64,000 nucleotides of DNA from Anaeromyces robustus (GCA_002104895.1 MCFG01000042.1:62001-126000); one strand, 5' to 3'. Shown: positions 27,101 through 46,572, numbered from the stretch's first letter. The notes: a model not told the origin generated them from the sequence alone. Numbers and translations are program-made.

Positions 27101-27298
27101 AATTTTTTTTTTTTTTTTTTTAAAAAAATAATAACAATAATAATGAACTTATATATAATGATATTAATTTTTATTTTTATTTTTATTTTTATTTTTTATT
27201 TTTTTTTTAAACAATCATAAATATTATTTTATATTATTTTATCTTCTATATTATTTTCATATTAATAGTTCCCATCCAACTACGTACAGGAATGTTAA
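21107..27298 (+). CDS. MYO1: Class I myosin, long-tailed (motor-IQ-TH1-Pro/Ala-rich-SH3), about 1140 aa; exons 21107-21151, 21561-21628, 21766-21860, 22005-22021, 22145-22191, 22316-22380, 22505-22532, 22673 (1 nt, putative), 22816-22893, 23018-23161, 24076-26766, 26980-27093, 27269-27298
   Basis: [19 protein letters not shown]-loop [51 protein letters not shown] motif, TH1 region and SH3 ([15 protein letters not shown]...GWW...[11 protein letters not shown]). Confidence 0.95.
23186..23796. repeat. Perfect (AAATA)n pentanucleotide array of about 610 bp in a myosin intron
   Basis: Uninterrupted aataa units starting shortly after the donor at 23162. Confidence 0.95.
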
Positions 27299-28435
27299 GA
27301 AGAAAGAAGATCATGATTTAATTTACATTTATTTATAAATTATTTTATATAGGAAAGAATCATATATAATAATAAGAAATTAATTCAAAATATAAAAAGC
27401 AAAATTTATTAAAAAAAAAAATAAACAAAAAAAAAAAAAAATTTTTTTTAAAAAACTATAAACAAATAATAATAATAATTAAAAAAAAAAAAAAAAGATT
27501 CATACGTTTAATAATAGAAAATATATTATTATAAGCAAAATTATTAAAAATATATATAAAAAAAAAAAAAGAGAGAAAAAAGCAAAAAAAAAAAAAAAAA
27601 AAAAAAATCATAACAGAATAATAATAATAATATATAAGAATAAAAACAAATAATAAAAAAAAAAAAGAAAAAAATTAAAAAGAAAAAAAAAAAAAAACAG
27701 AAAAAACAAAAAAAAAAAAATTTTTTTATTAACAAATATAATGATATTAATAGCTATAATATTAATAACTATAATAATAATAATAATTAATAATAATAAT
27801 TAATAATAATAAATAATAATAATTATAATAATAAATAAATATTTATATTTGTAACAAAATATATATATATAAATAAAAATAAAAATAACAATAAAAAATT
27901 AAAAAAAAAAAATTATAAACAATATTAAAGATTTATTAATCCATATAACTTTTATTTTTTTATTTTTTATTTTTTTTCTTTTCTTTTATTAATATTATAT
28001 TATTTTTCTGATAGTTTTACTTTCATAACTATCATAAATATTATATAATATTAAGATTAATATTAATATTATTAATTATTATAATTATATTTAATTAATT
28101 TATATATATATATTTATATATATATATATTTATATTTAAAAGACTTTTTTTTTTTTTTTTTTTTTTTATAAAAATTTAATTAGAGGTGTTATCATTATGT
28201 AATATAATATTAATATTTTATTATTATTGTATATGATAATAAACATGACATTTTATATTATCTAATAAGTATTATTATAGTAATACAAAAAAATTTTTTT
28301 TTTTTATTAATGATAATAATAAAAAGTATCAACTTTTTGATTTTGATCAACTATTATTATTATATGATTTGGATTATATGAGAATATTCTATTAGAATTA
28401 TTATTATTATTATTTTCTTTTTTTTCAAATAATAG

Positions 28436-28498
<63 letters not shown>

Positions 28499-29562
28499 TG
28501 ATTTCATATTCATCAATATTTAATTTATATTAAAAAAAAAAAAAAAAGTGGGTTATAAAACAATAAATTATAATAATAATTATAAATACAAATATAAAAT
28601 AATAATAAAAGAAATAAAAAAGAAACCATATTAATTACATATATATATATATATTATTATTATTATTATTATTATTATTTATAAATTTTATATCTTATTT
28701 TATATCTTATTCATTTATTATTTAGCCATTTGTTAATGAAATAAAATTTTATGAAAAAAAATGTATATATATATATAAATTTCATGAATATTTAGAAGAG
28801 TAAAAATTTTTTTTAGTTTTATATGAATAATGAACAAAAGAATAATATTGATATAACTAGGCTTTTACTCTTTTAGAGAATTAATTAATTAATTAAAATT
28901 TTATTTAAATATTTTGTTTATCTTACAATAAACTTTTTTATAAAAATTAACACTTTTCAATTATAAATTAAAGAACATCTTTTTTTAATAAATCATTATT
29001 ATTTTACTATTATTTTACTATTTAAATATATTTTTATAATATATTAACTACTAAACAGTAATATATTATAATTTATATAAAAAAATAATATAAAATAGAT
29101 ATAATAAACTTATTAAATTATTCTTAAATTTATGTAATTTATGTTTACACATGATTATTACATATATGACTTTTAATGTAAATAGGAATAAATTTATGTA
29201 TTATAATTTTTATATCAATTAAAGTTTATTTTTCATTTTATCATTATCTTATTATTCATTATATCCTATTTTTTTTATTTATTAAATTAAACAGTAAAAA
29301 TGTGGAACAAGTTTTTAATATATATTTAATATATTTACATAAATCAATGATTAAAAATATAATATATAAGATTGCTTTTTTTTTTTCCCTCCTTACCACA
29401 TTTATAAAATATCAAAGAAAAAAAGAAAAAAAGGAAAAAAAGATAAAAAAATCGAATGATTATTATTCACATTAATTTAATTTGTATATAAAATATAAAT
29501 ACCTATACTTTTTCTTTATATATATATATATTATATTATATTAACAATTTTTGATTTTTTTT

Positions 29563-29594
<32 letters not shown>

Positions 29595-29604
29595 GAAAAG
29601 GAAA

Positions 29605-31215
29605 ATGAATTCACCTACTCAAAATCCAAATGTAATGAGAGCTATTCTCAATAGTATGATACTAAATGGAGATTATGACAATGCTCGTATACTTTTATTA
29701 AGTACTAAAATAACTAAAGTAGTTTTAGACCTTAATAAAAGTGATTTTAAATGTAATTATACATTAGTATGTGCTTTACATAAAAATAATTGGGAGATAG
29801 TAAGAACATTATTTGAATATGCTGAAGAAAATAATATTATTCTTGATTTGAATGTTATAGATGGTAGGTCTAATTTCCCTCTTTTAATGGCACTTGATAA
29901 TAAAAATATTAAAATGGTAAAGTATATTATGGATTATGCGGATAAACATAATATTATTATGAATGTTAACCTTGTCCATTATGATGGATTTTATCCATTT
30001 ATTAGTTCTCTTACAAGTAATAATGTTGAAATGGTTAAATTATTAATGAATTATGCTGATAAAACTAATCAAGTTTTAAATTTAAAAGGTTCATTTATGG
30101 AAACTTCTCCACTTAATTATTCACTCATAAGAAATACTACAGATATAGTAAAAGTTTTTATGGATTATGCTGATAGAAAAGCGATTCTATTAGATATTAA
30201 TGAAAAAGATATAAAAAATGGTCAAACTCCATTATTAATAGCTATTTTCCATGGTGATTATGATAAAACTAAATTAATTATAGATTATGCGGAAAGACAT
30301 AATATTCTTTTAGATCTTAATGAACAAGATCATGCTACTAAGCTTACCCCTATTTTTGCTTCAATTTTATTAAAAAAAATTGATATTGCTCAATTAATTA
30401 TTGATTATGCCAATAAATATAATATTATTTTAGACTTGAATAAAAAGAGAGCAACTGGAGACAATCTACTTTTGTATACCGTTTTTAATGAAGAAATAGA
30501 AGGATTTAAATTAATCATGAACTATGCTAAAGAAAAAAATATTATTTTAGATGTTAATGAAAGAATCGGTGAAAAATATAATTCTCTTTTATATGCCACT
30601 TCTAAGTCCAATATTGAAATCATAAAATTACTTCTTGATTATTCCAAATCCAATGATACAATTTTAGAAATGGATGCCGAAGATTACAGTTCCATTTTAG
30701 GTGCCATTAATATTAAAAATGTTGAATTACTGAAATTAATTCTTGATTATTCTGTTGAAAAACATATCCAATTAAAACTTGATGAACCAAAAGCTTCTGG
30801 TGATAGTCTTTTTTTAATTGCCATTAATAAAAATAATAGTGAATTAGTAAAATTAATGATTGAATATGCTAAAAGAAGTAATATTCTTATTGATATTAAT
30901 AAAAAAAATAAATCTATGAATGAAACTTTTCTTACCATGGCAATAGATAAAAATAATGTAGAATCGGTAAAGTTAATTACAGATTATGCTATTGAAAACC
31001 ATATTATTATAGATTTAAAAGAAAAGGATATAAAAACGATTATATCCAGAAATTATCAAGATGCTATAAAAAGTATTGCTGATATTGATATAGAAATTAT
31101 TAAAATATTACAAAAATGTGAAAAAGAAAAACAACTAATTATACAATACAATGAAAATAGTGAACTTAAAGAAAGGTTTTTATCAATAAATCTTTCTTCT
31201 CTTTCATTTAATTAA
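29605..31215 (+). CDS. Ankyrin-repeat protein (536 aa, intronless) of an expanded type
   Basis: About 11 repeats of roughly 40 aa with consensus PLL.A...NN.E.VKLL.DYA.KHNIILDLNEKD. Confidence 0.9.
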   Translation: MNSPTQNPNVMRAILNSMILNGDYDNARILLLSTKITKVVLDLNKSDFKCNYTLVCALHKNNWEIVRTLFEYAEENNIILDLNVIDGRSNFPLLMALDNKNIKMVKYIMDYADKHNIIMNVNLVHYDGFYPFISSLTSNNVEMVKLLMNYADKTNQVLNLKGSFMETSPLNYSLIRNTTDIVKVFMDYADRKAILLDINEKDIKNGQTPLLIAIFHGDYDKTKLIIDYAERHNILLDLNEQDHATKLTPIFASILLKKIDIAQLIIDYANKYNIILDLNKKRATGDNLLLYTVFNEEIEGFKLIMNYAKEKNIILDVNERIGEKYNSLLYATSKSNIEIIKLLLDYSKSNDTILEMDAEDYSSILGAINIKNVELLKLILDYSVEKHIQLKLDEPKASGDSLFLIAINKNNSELVKLMIEYAKRSNILIDINKKNKSMNETFLTMAIDKNNVESVKLITDYAIENHIIIDLKEKDIKTIISRNYQDAIKSIADIDIEIIKILQKCEKEKQLIIQYNENSELKERFLSINLSSLSFN

Positions 31216-31216
31216 A

Positions 31217-31251
<35 letters not shown>

Positions 31252-31907
31252 GATGGAGAAAAAAAAAAAAATAGAAAATATTTTATTCTTTGTAATTAAA
31301 ATATATAAAAGTGTATATGTAAATATATAAATATTAAATAATTAAATTTTAAATAATTAAAAATTTATAGACTATCAAAAAAGATATACAAGATCTTGCT
31401 CTAACTTATCCTTAAATACCAACTTGGGTTTTTATGGATTATGAAAATATGAAACGGTTTTCAATTTAATGGCAAGAGATTCTGCTTAAAAGGAAAAATC
31501 AAATCTTAAAAAAAAAAAAACATTCTTACGTTTTTATTGTCCTTATTGTTGGTAAAAAAACTCAAAAATTTTTTGTCTTATTGGATTTTCAACTCTAAAG
31601 CTATAAAAACCTTTGAACAAGTTAGAAATACAATTTTTCATTAAGTGGATGACTTATAAGTCAGCAAAATACAACTATATAATAATAAAAGAAATAAAAA
31701 AGAAACCAAAGAATAACATTTATAATTATATTTTTTATTCTGTTTTTTATTAATTTTTTATTTTTTTTTATTTATTATTTTGAATTTTTTTTTTTTTTTT
31801 TGGTAGTTTTTAGTTTTTTATTTTAGTTTTTTTATAATAATCAAAATTAAATTATTTTATTTTATAAAAATACATAAATAATAATAAAGATTGATTTATT
31901 TTAAAAT

Positions 31908-32180
31908 TTATAATAAATTAGTTTTTTTCTTTTTTTTCTACATATATATTCTTTTTATAATAAATTAGTTTTTTTCTTCTATATATTCTTTTTTATAATA
32001 AATTAGTTTTTTTTTTCTATATATATATATTCTTTTTACAATATTATATAAGTTTTTTTCTCTATATATATTTTCTTTTTATAATAAATTAGTTTTTTTT
32101 TATATATCTATTATATATATACTTTTTTTATAATAAATTAATTTTTTTTTTTTTTTTTTTCTATATATATATTCTTTTTA
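31908..32180. repeat. Degenerate minisatellite, about 6 copies of a 40-50 bp unit
   Basis: Recurring unit tataataaattagttttttt(t)ctatatatatattcttttt with variable homopolymer lengths. Confidence 0.7.
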
Positions 32181-33251
32181 GAATTTATATATAATATATT
32201 TTTTCTATATCTTTAAACTATATATTTATATTTTATTTACATTATTTATAAATATATAGTTTAATAATCTTTTTATATTTTATATTTTTATTTTTTTTTA
32301 ATATTATTTTATTCTTTTATTCATTTATTATTATTTCTTTCTTTATTTATTTAGAAAAAAAATAAATAAAGAAAAATAAAAAAATAAAAAATTAAAAATA
32401 GTAAAAAGAATAAAATAATAAGAATATAAAATAAAAAAAAAAAGAAAGAAAAAAAGAAAAAAGAAAAAAAAAAATTATTAAAAAGTTGAACAAAACTTAT
32501 GAAATATCTCTTTGTTATAGATAATATTTAACTTTATTATTCAACTTTTATTTAATGATTAAAAAATAAAAAATAATAATAATTTTTAAAATATCATTCT
32601 CTAATTTTTTTTTTTCTTTTTTCTTTTTTTTTTTTTTTTTATCTTTTATTTTTTTTTATATTCAATGTATAAATTATATTATTATTTTATTTTTTTTTTT
32701 TTTTTTAAATATTTAATAATTTCTTAATGATAATACTAAAAGTTCTAAAAATATACCTTTCTATATTTATATTTCATTTTCTTTTTTTTTTTTTATATAT
32801 ATTCCTTTTTTCATCTTATTTTATATTTATTCAAAATTTAAATAATATTTATATTATAATAATAATAAATATATATATATATTTTTATATATAATATAAC
32901 TTTAATTTAGAAATGAAAAAAAAAAAAAATGTAATAAAATAAAATAAGAAAAAAAAAAAAATTTAAATCCTACCCTACTTACAACCTACAAATTCTATTA
33001 AATAAATAAATAGAAAAAAAAAAAAAACATCAGGATTTTTTTTTTTTTGAATAATTTATTGTTAATATCTACTATATTCCTTTCAAATATATTTTAATCA
33101 TTTTTTATTGTTCTTTTATTTATTACAATTTTTTTTTTTTTTTTTTTAAATTATTATTATTACTACTTTTATTTAATGACTTAAATTAAAAACTAATAGT
33201 TAAAAAAAATATTAATAAAATAGTCACTGATAAATTACTTTTTTTTTTTCC

Positions 33252-33282
<31 letters not shown>

Positions 33283-33335
33283 ATCATTATCATCATTATT
33301 TTAAAATAAACAACTTCAAAATAACAATAACAATA

Positions 33336-33368
<33 letters not shown>

Positions 33369-33836
33369 GAAAAATAAGTGTATATAAAAATTAAAAAAAT
33401 TTTTATAACTAGATAGATATTCTATATTTTTTACTTAATATTTTATTTAAAAATATATTACTAATTAGTATTATAAAATAAAATAAAAAAAGTGAGGTAT
33501 ATTTACTTTCAGTATAAACAAGAAAATAATAAATATATGAAAAAAAAAATTTTTTTTTATGTAATAATTTTTTTTTTTAAAAGTATTCATAATTTTTATC
33601 TATTACTTTGAAATATTACCATTTATTATATATATGCGTTATTGTAATTTTTTTTCATTGTCTATATATAGAATATTAGGTATTAAATATATATGTGTTC
33701 TTTTTACTTCTTTCTTTTTTTTTTTATTATGTGCGTTTCATTGGTTAAATTATTTTAGTTATTAAATTTTTTTTCCCCATGATTTTCGTCTCTTTTTGTT
33801 TTTTGCTATTTTTTTTTTATTTTTCGTTAATTATTT

Positions 33837-34847
33837 TCAAAATATATGATTCCTAAATATTATGAATGCTGCTATAGCTGCTCCAATAAGTAATATAATA
33901 GAAACTAAAGAAGCATAACGATTTATTTTTCTCCATTTAAATTCTTTTTCTGTTACTGGATGTAATGGAATAACAGATGCGAACCACCAAAATGGTGGTA
34001 ATACAAACCTATAAAAATATTAATTATAAAGATGATTATAAAAAAAAATTAATTATTAATTATTAATTAATATCTACTATATTATTAATATTCTAAATTT
34101 ATATATATCTATTATAAATATTTACCCTATGATAAAGAAAATCATTCCTGGAACCATACATTCTTTATCATTATCAACAAGATAAGCGTTAGCTTCAGCT
34201 GTTGCTGATGGAAGGGTATACATCATTTTATTTTTAGTAGTTGTTGTATTAGTTGTGGTCATTGGTGGAGATTGTAAAGAAGATAATATACGTGAATTGG
34301 AAGCTTCTGAAAAGCCATATGATCTTGGTGGTTTTGGAACTCTAAAGAAATTTACAAAACTTTTTTCACTTTTTGAATAATTTGAATTTAATTGTGAAGA
34401 AACCATTGATATATTTGTTGCATCACCACGTCTTACTTGTAAAGCAACTTGGTCATATATATTTCTAACTTCTTCTTCAATAGCACTTGAAGTGGCGCTA
34501 TTTCTTCTATTATTATTACTACTATATTTACCAGTTGCCTATTAATTTATGAATTATTTTATAATAATAAATAATCATTTAATTATTTAATCATTTAATA
34601 ATTTTTATTCATTATTTTTTTACTATTAAAAACATTTAATACTTTATATATATATTATAAAGTCTAAAAATATTAATATATAACTTACTAATTCTTGCCA
34701 ACATTTTTCTAATTGTTTTGACATTGCTTTGTTATTTAAAGATGAATTATTATATGAACTACCATAGTTAGTTCTATAATTTGAACTACCATAGTTAGTT
34801 TCAGGATATGCTTGATAACTTAATTTACTTTTTGGAGTATAACTCAT
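33837..34847 (-). CDS. Ser/Asn-rich protein with a C-terminal two-hydrophobic-segment membrane anchor; exons 34847-34689, 34538-34126, 34008-33837
   Basis: Two GT-AG introns join ORF-track pieces into one frame ending GMIFFIIGFVLPPFWWFASVIP...KEFKWRKINRYASLVSIILLIGAAIAAFIIFRNHIF*. The F..GF..PP.WW..S..P...WR..NR pattern recalls uncharacterised fungal membrane proteins. Confidence 0.8.
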
Positions 34848-36766
34848 TTTGAATAATTTATTATGGTATATTATTTATTTTAAAAAAATATTGTTAGGAT
34901 ATATATTTATTATTTATTAATTTTATTTTATTTTTTCTTTCAATTTTTTTTATTGATTTTTTTTTTTTATTTTTCTACAGTATGTGTATATGTATGTTTA
35001 CTTTTTATTAAGAAAAACTTTAAAATAAATTGCTTATTTTAAAGTTTTTCTTATTATGTTATATATAAAAAAAGGAAATTAATTGATTTATTAAGTTATT
35101 TAATTGACACACTTTTATTTAATTTATTCAAATTATGATTATAATTTAATTGTTTTTTATTTAGTTTATTCAAATTGTGATTATTATTTTTATTTCTTTT
35201 TGATTTGTAAATAATAATTTTTTTATTATTGGTAAAAAAGGATTATTCTTTATTTTGAATTTTTTTAAGTTTTTACTTTTTGACTTTTTACAATTATTTT
35301 AAAAAGATTATATATATTATAGTAAAAAAAAAAAAAAAGAGAATCTATTTTTTAAATATATATATAAAGAAAAAAGATATGAAACACTTTCTCCTCTTTA
35401 TTTTTATATTATATTTTTTTTATATAGAAAAAAAAAAAAAAAAAAGAAATATTTTTTTTTTTGGAATAATAAAATAAATAATTACTTATGTTTAATATAA
35501 ATAATATATTATTAATATACAAGTATAATATAATATATTTATTTATTTAGTTGACAATATTTTTTATATTTGTAATAACTAAACTATAATATTTATTTAT
35601 ATATTTATTGTTTACATTAAAATATATTTATAAATATATTTTAATATATTGAAATGCATGATAAATAATTCAATAACCATTTATTATCAATTAAACGGAA
35701 TATATAGTAATGGGTATAATAATTATTATTGTGTAATCATAAAAAATATAATAATAAAATATTAAAATAATTATTATTAATTATATAAGAAAAATATAAA
35801 AAAAAATTTTATATATATATATAAATATATAAAAAAAATTTAATAATGCGGCAATTACTATCTATATTATATTATAATAATAATAATAATAAAGAAAGAA
35901 GAATAATAATAATTAAAAATATTAAAAAAATATTAATATATATAAAAATTAAAAATATTAGAATATTTATTAAATTATTAATGATTAAAATTATTTAATA
36001 TTAAAATTTTATAATAATAAAATTATTATTTAAATAAATTATATATTTAATATGTTAAAAGTTTATTATATTAATCTAATATATAAATATGTCATTTAAC
36101 CTCATTTGATCTATATAATATATATTAATATATTACAATATAATGTTTTTAATTTAATTATATGATAAATGATTATAAAATAATATATATTAACATTTTT
36201 ATAATTAATTTTAATATATATTATTATATATTATTCAATATATTTATTTAATTCAATAGTACCAATATTATATTTAAATCAGAAACAACCCTAAATATTA
36301 TAAATATTCTTTGTGTTGAAAAAAAAAAAAAAAAAGTGATATATTAAATATTTATTGAATTTTAATATATAATAAAAATATATTTATGTGTATATTGAAT
36401 TACACTTGAATATATTATAAAGTCAATTGTTTTGTACAAAAATGAATTTCCTAAAACGGAATTAATAATAAGATATTGTGATAAAATAAAATATCATACT
36501 ATTAATTAATTCCGTGTCATTTTTTTCATTTAAACAAAGTTAAAAAATTTCTTCTTTTTAATCTACTATAGTAGAAAATATATTATAATATATTATAATA
36601 TTAAAAAACAGAATTATAAATTATGAATTATTATTATTATTATTTTTCAGAATAAATAATAATAAATAATAAATAATAATAATAATAATAATAAAAACGG
36701 TTGAAATAGAATTAATTATAATATATAATAAATTAAATAATAAGAATTTTCTATTTATAGTAATTG

Positions 36767-36769
36767 AAA

Positions 36770-36821
<52 letters not shown>

Positions 36822-36837
36822 AAATTAAAGATGATAA

Positions 36838-36931
<94 letters not shown>

Positions 36932-36935
36932 ATAT
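36767..36935. repeat. (TAAA)n microsatellite
   Basis: Visible tandem units. Confidence 0.85.
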
Positions 36936-38510
36936 ATAAATAAAAATGTCAAAGTTGAATAATTAAAAGTTTTATTAATATAATTATAATATATTTATTT
37001 ATATAAATATTATTTATAAAAAAAAAAAAAAAAAGGCTATGATAATTTTAAATTTGTATTAATTATAATAATGATAATTTCTTTTTTTTTTTTAAAAAAA
37101 AGTTTGAAAATTTTTATCTTATTTAATTTATTATAAATTTTGTAATAATCAAATAAATCATTTTATTATATTACATATATTTCAAATAATAATATAATTA
37201 TAAAATATTAATTTTATATGGAAATAAATAAAAAATAATTTTTATATTTATATAAAAGTCATCTTTACCTTATTTTTTATCATATCTGTCACAATCATGT
37301 AGTATCATCAAACATCACCTAACTAAAAAATAAAACAATACTACTTCTTAATTAAGTTAAAAAAATTGAATCATAATTAGTCTATAAAAAAAAAAAAAAG
37401 AAAAGAACTATTAGTAAATACTAATAATTGAATTTTTTTTTTTCTCTTATTGAATTATTAATTTTATTTTTTATATTTTTATAAATTATTCTACTTGACA
37501 TTATAGCATGACATATTCAAATCATTAATAATAATTAATCTAAATAAATAATAGATAAATATTTAATAATATATTTAATAATATATAATATATTTAATAA
37601 TTAAAAATTATTATGTAAAAAAAAAGATGCAACATTTTTAACATTTTAATATAGGAATAAAAATACAGAAATTTTTTAATTTAATATTCTCAATATAAAT
37701 TAATATTAAGGGGGAGAAAGAATAATAAAAAAATATTATTATTTCATATGTTCAATAGAATAACAATTAAGAATGATATAGTTATAACATTAATTTTTTT
37801 CTGTGGAGGAAAAGTAGAAATAGTTTTTAAGTAATAATTATAATTAAATTTTATAGTAAATTTAAAGAGTATTGAATTGTAATTCTATAGTTTATAAACA
37901 TTCTTTTTTTTATATTTGATGTAAAATTTATTAGATAAAAAAATTTTTATATACATTACAATATATTTTTATATATTTTATGTATGCAGTTTTTTATTTG
38001 AATTTGAAATAATTTAATTAAATGTTTAAATTTTTTTTTATATTTAAAAAAAAAAAAATGTAACAATACTTACTATATATGGTAATTCAACATTCTTTTT
38101 ATAGAAAAAAAAAAAAAAAAAAGAAAACAAACAAAAATAAATAAACAATATTATAAAACAAAAAACAAACCAAACAAACAAAAAAATATAAAATAAAAAT
38201 AAGGAAAAATGTATAATCAACAAGAAATAAAAAGTATGAATAGAATTAAATAAAAAAAAAAAAGTTTTTAATGCTGTTACTTATTATCATTTTCTATATT
38301 GATTAATTTTTTTTTTAAAAAAATTCTTATTTATTTAATTTATTTAAAAAAAAAAAAAAAGAATAAAAATATTCTATGTCATTTCCTATCAAATTATTCC
38401 TTTTTGTAAATTAAAAAAAAAAAAAAAGTTTTAAATGAATAACAAAAAAAGAATTTTTTTTTTATTATAACATTTTTTATTTTATTTTATTTTATTTTAT
38501 TATTATTTTT

Positions 38511-39647
38511 GGGAGAGTTGCATTTCGCAATGTTGCATTTCGCAATGTTGCATTTCGCAATGTTGCAATTCGCAATGTTGCAATTCGCAATGGGGCGCAT
38601 AATTGTATAAATAATTAAATAAATAAAAATATAATATAAAGAATTATTTATTAATTTTTTTTTTTATTTAATAATATTTTTTTATTTAATAATATTTTTT
38701 TATTTAATGATAATAATATTTAATATTTTTTTTAATATTGAATATTTTTTTAGTAATTTAATAATATTTTATTTATTTTTTTTATTTAATAATATTGAAT
38801 ACTTTTTTAGTATTTTAATAATATTTTATTTATTTTTTGATTTAATGATTTGAATATTTCTTCAATATTTTTTTTATTTAATGATATTGAATACTTCTTC
38901 AATATTTTTTTTATTTAATGATATTGAATACTTCTTCAATATTTTTTTTTATTTAATGATATTGAATATTTCTTCAATATTTTTTTATTTAATATTTTAA
39001 TAATATTGAATATTTTTTGAATATTTTTTTTATTTAATTATATTTTTTATTTAATATTTTAATAATATTGAATATTTTTTTTAATATTTCAAATCAAAAA
39101 AATTTTATAATGAATTTTTATTTTTATATTTTTTTTTGTAAATAAGTAATTAATAAAAAAATATTTATTTATTTGTTTCTATTATTTATTCTAAAGTTTA
39201 TATTATTTTTTTTATTTATTATTTGTTATCGTCTTTTTAATAAAAATACATCTATAATACTGTTATTTATTATCTTTTATTTTATTTATTATTATTCATT
39301 TATCAAAAAAATAATATAAATATATTTAATTTTATAATAAATTTTTTTTTTTTAATTTTTTTACTTTTTTTTTTTTGTAATTAAGTAATTAATAAAAAAA
39401 GAAATATTTATTTATTTGTTTATTTTCTATTCATTTATTTATATATATATTTTTTATTTATTTATTTAATTTTTTTAAATTCTATTTTATTTTATTTCAT
39501 AACGTGGCTTTCATAATTTGTGTTAAAAAATTTTTCATTTTTTTATTTGTTTTTTATGCGCCTCATTGCAAAAATTTAATATGCGCCCCATATCATATTG
39601 CGAAATGCAACATTGCGAAATGCAACATTGCGAAATGCAACACATTC
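38511..39647. mobile_element. Non-autonomous Mutator-like (MULE/MITE) DNA transposon, 1137 bp
   Basis: TIRs built of the 15-mer GTTGCATTTCGCAAT: 5 copies at 38517-38591 and 3 inverted copies at 39597-39641, plus TGGGGCGCAT / ATGCGCCCCA. Termini are G...C. Identical 9-bp flanks ATTATTTTT at 38502-38510 and 39648-39656. No ORF inside. Confidence 0.85.
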
Positions 39648-40107
39648 ATTATTTTTAATATAAAAATTCATTAAATAACACATGATTAGAAAATAGAAAT
39701 ATCTAATTGTAATATTACCATCACATATGATTTTAATTACACCAAAAAAGTTTTTTTTTTTTATAAATTAATAAATAAATAAATAAATGAATAAATAAAT
39801 TAAATAAATTAAATAAATAAATAAATAATATTTTTTATATTTATAATAATATTTTTTATATTTATGTTCAAATATTTATTTAAAAAAAATGTAATTCTTT
39901 AAAGACCAACTATGTATATTAAAAATAATATAAAATTAAAAAAAAAAAAAAAACATTTTATAAAATTATTTTCAAATATTAATTTATTATCCCAAAAAAA
40001 AAATAAAAAAAAAAAAAATAAAGAAAACAATTGAAAATACAAAAAGCAAAAAGCAAAATGTATTACATTGAAACTAAATTAAAATGATATTTAAATTTTT
40101 ATAAAAA

Positions 40108-40144
<37 letters not shown>

Positions 40145-40633
40145 ATGAGTATTTTTGTACATTATAATTGTAAAATGTTTGCTTATACAATTTTACAATT
40201 TTACAATTTTGTAATTTGAAAATAATTTTGTTAAAAATTAATTATTAATTTTTTTTTTTAAAAAATAATAATAATAATAATAATTATAATAATAATAAAT
40301 ATTTAAATTAAATAATATATGGATTATCAATATTTTTATTTATAAAAATATATTAAATAAATATTATATATAAATAATTACAATTTAATTTGATTTTAAT
40401 TATATTTTAATATTATTACCTAATTAAAAAAAAAAATTTTTTTTTTAAAATATCCTTGAAAAAAGTGTTTTTAATATCGTTTAAAAAATAATAATATTAT
40501 ATTTATAGATATTAATAAAACTTTTATTGTGTAATAAATAATAGTTTTTTTTTTTTTTTAGAAAAAATCATTAATAATTAATACTCGGTTTATTAATATA
40601 ATTTATTAATAAATATAAAGTGATTATTCAATA

Positions 40634-46360
<5,727 letters not shown>

Positions 46361-46486
46361 AAATATTTTTTTTTTTTATTAATATTAATATTGTAAATAT
46401 ATTTATATTATATAATTTTAATTAATTTAAAATTATATATATAATCGTATATGATAAAAAAAAAATTCAAAAAAAAAAAAAAAAAA

Positions 46487-46572
46487 TCTATAAATCAATA
46501 AATCTATAAATCAATAAATCTATAAATCTATAAATCTATAAATTTATAAATCTATAAATTTATAAATCTATA
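46487..46572. repeat. (AAATCTAT)n octamer tandem repeat
   Basis: About 10 imperfect copies downstream of the AVL9 stop. Confidence 0.7.

Noticed and set aside
21107..27298. Myosin-I as a frameshifted pseudogene
   Set aside because: Every other exon is intact with conserved motifs. The single-base deficit is explained by a 1-nt exon or a sequencing error.
27544..28516. Poly-Phe and poly-Asn ORFs downstream of myosin
   Set aside because: Derived from poly-A and (TTA)n tracts, with no supportable splice structure or homology.
31226..31251. Poly-A run after the ankyrin stop as a retrocopy tail
   Set aside because: Comparable poly-A runs occur throughout the window, so it is not diagnostic on its own.
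38517..38591. Regular short GC-rich repeats resembling a CRISPR array
   Set aside because: The 15-bp units are contiguous with no spacers, there are no cas genes, the context is eukaryotic, and they are mirrored at 39597-39641 as a transposon TIR.
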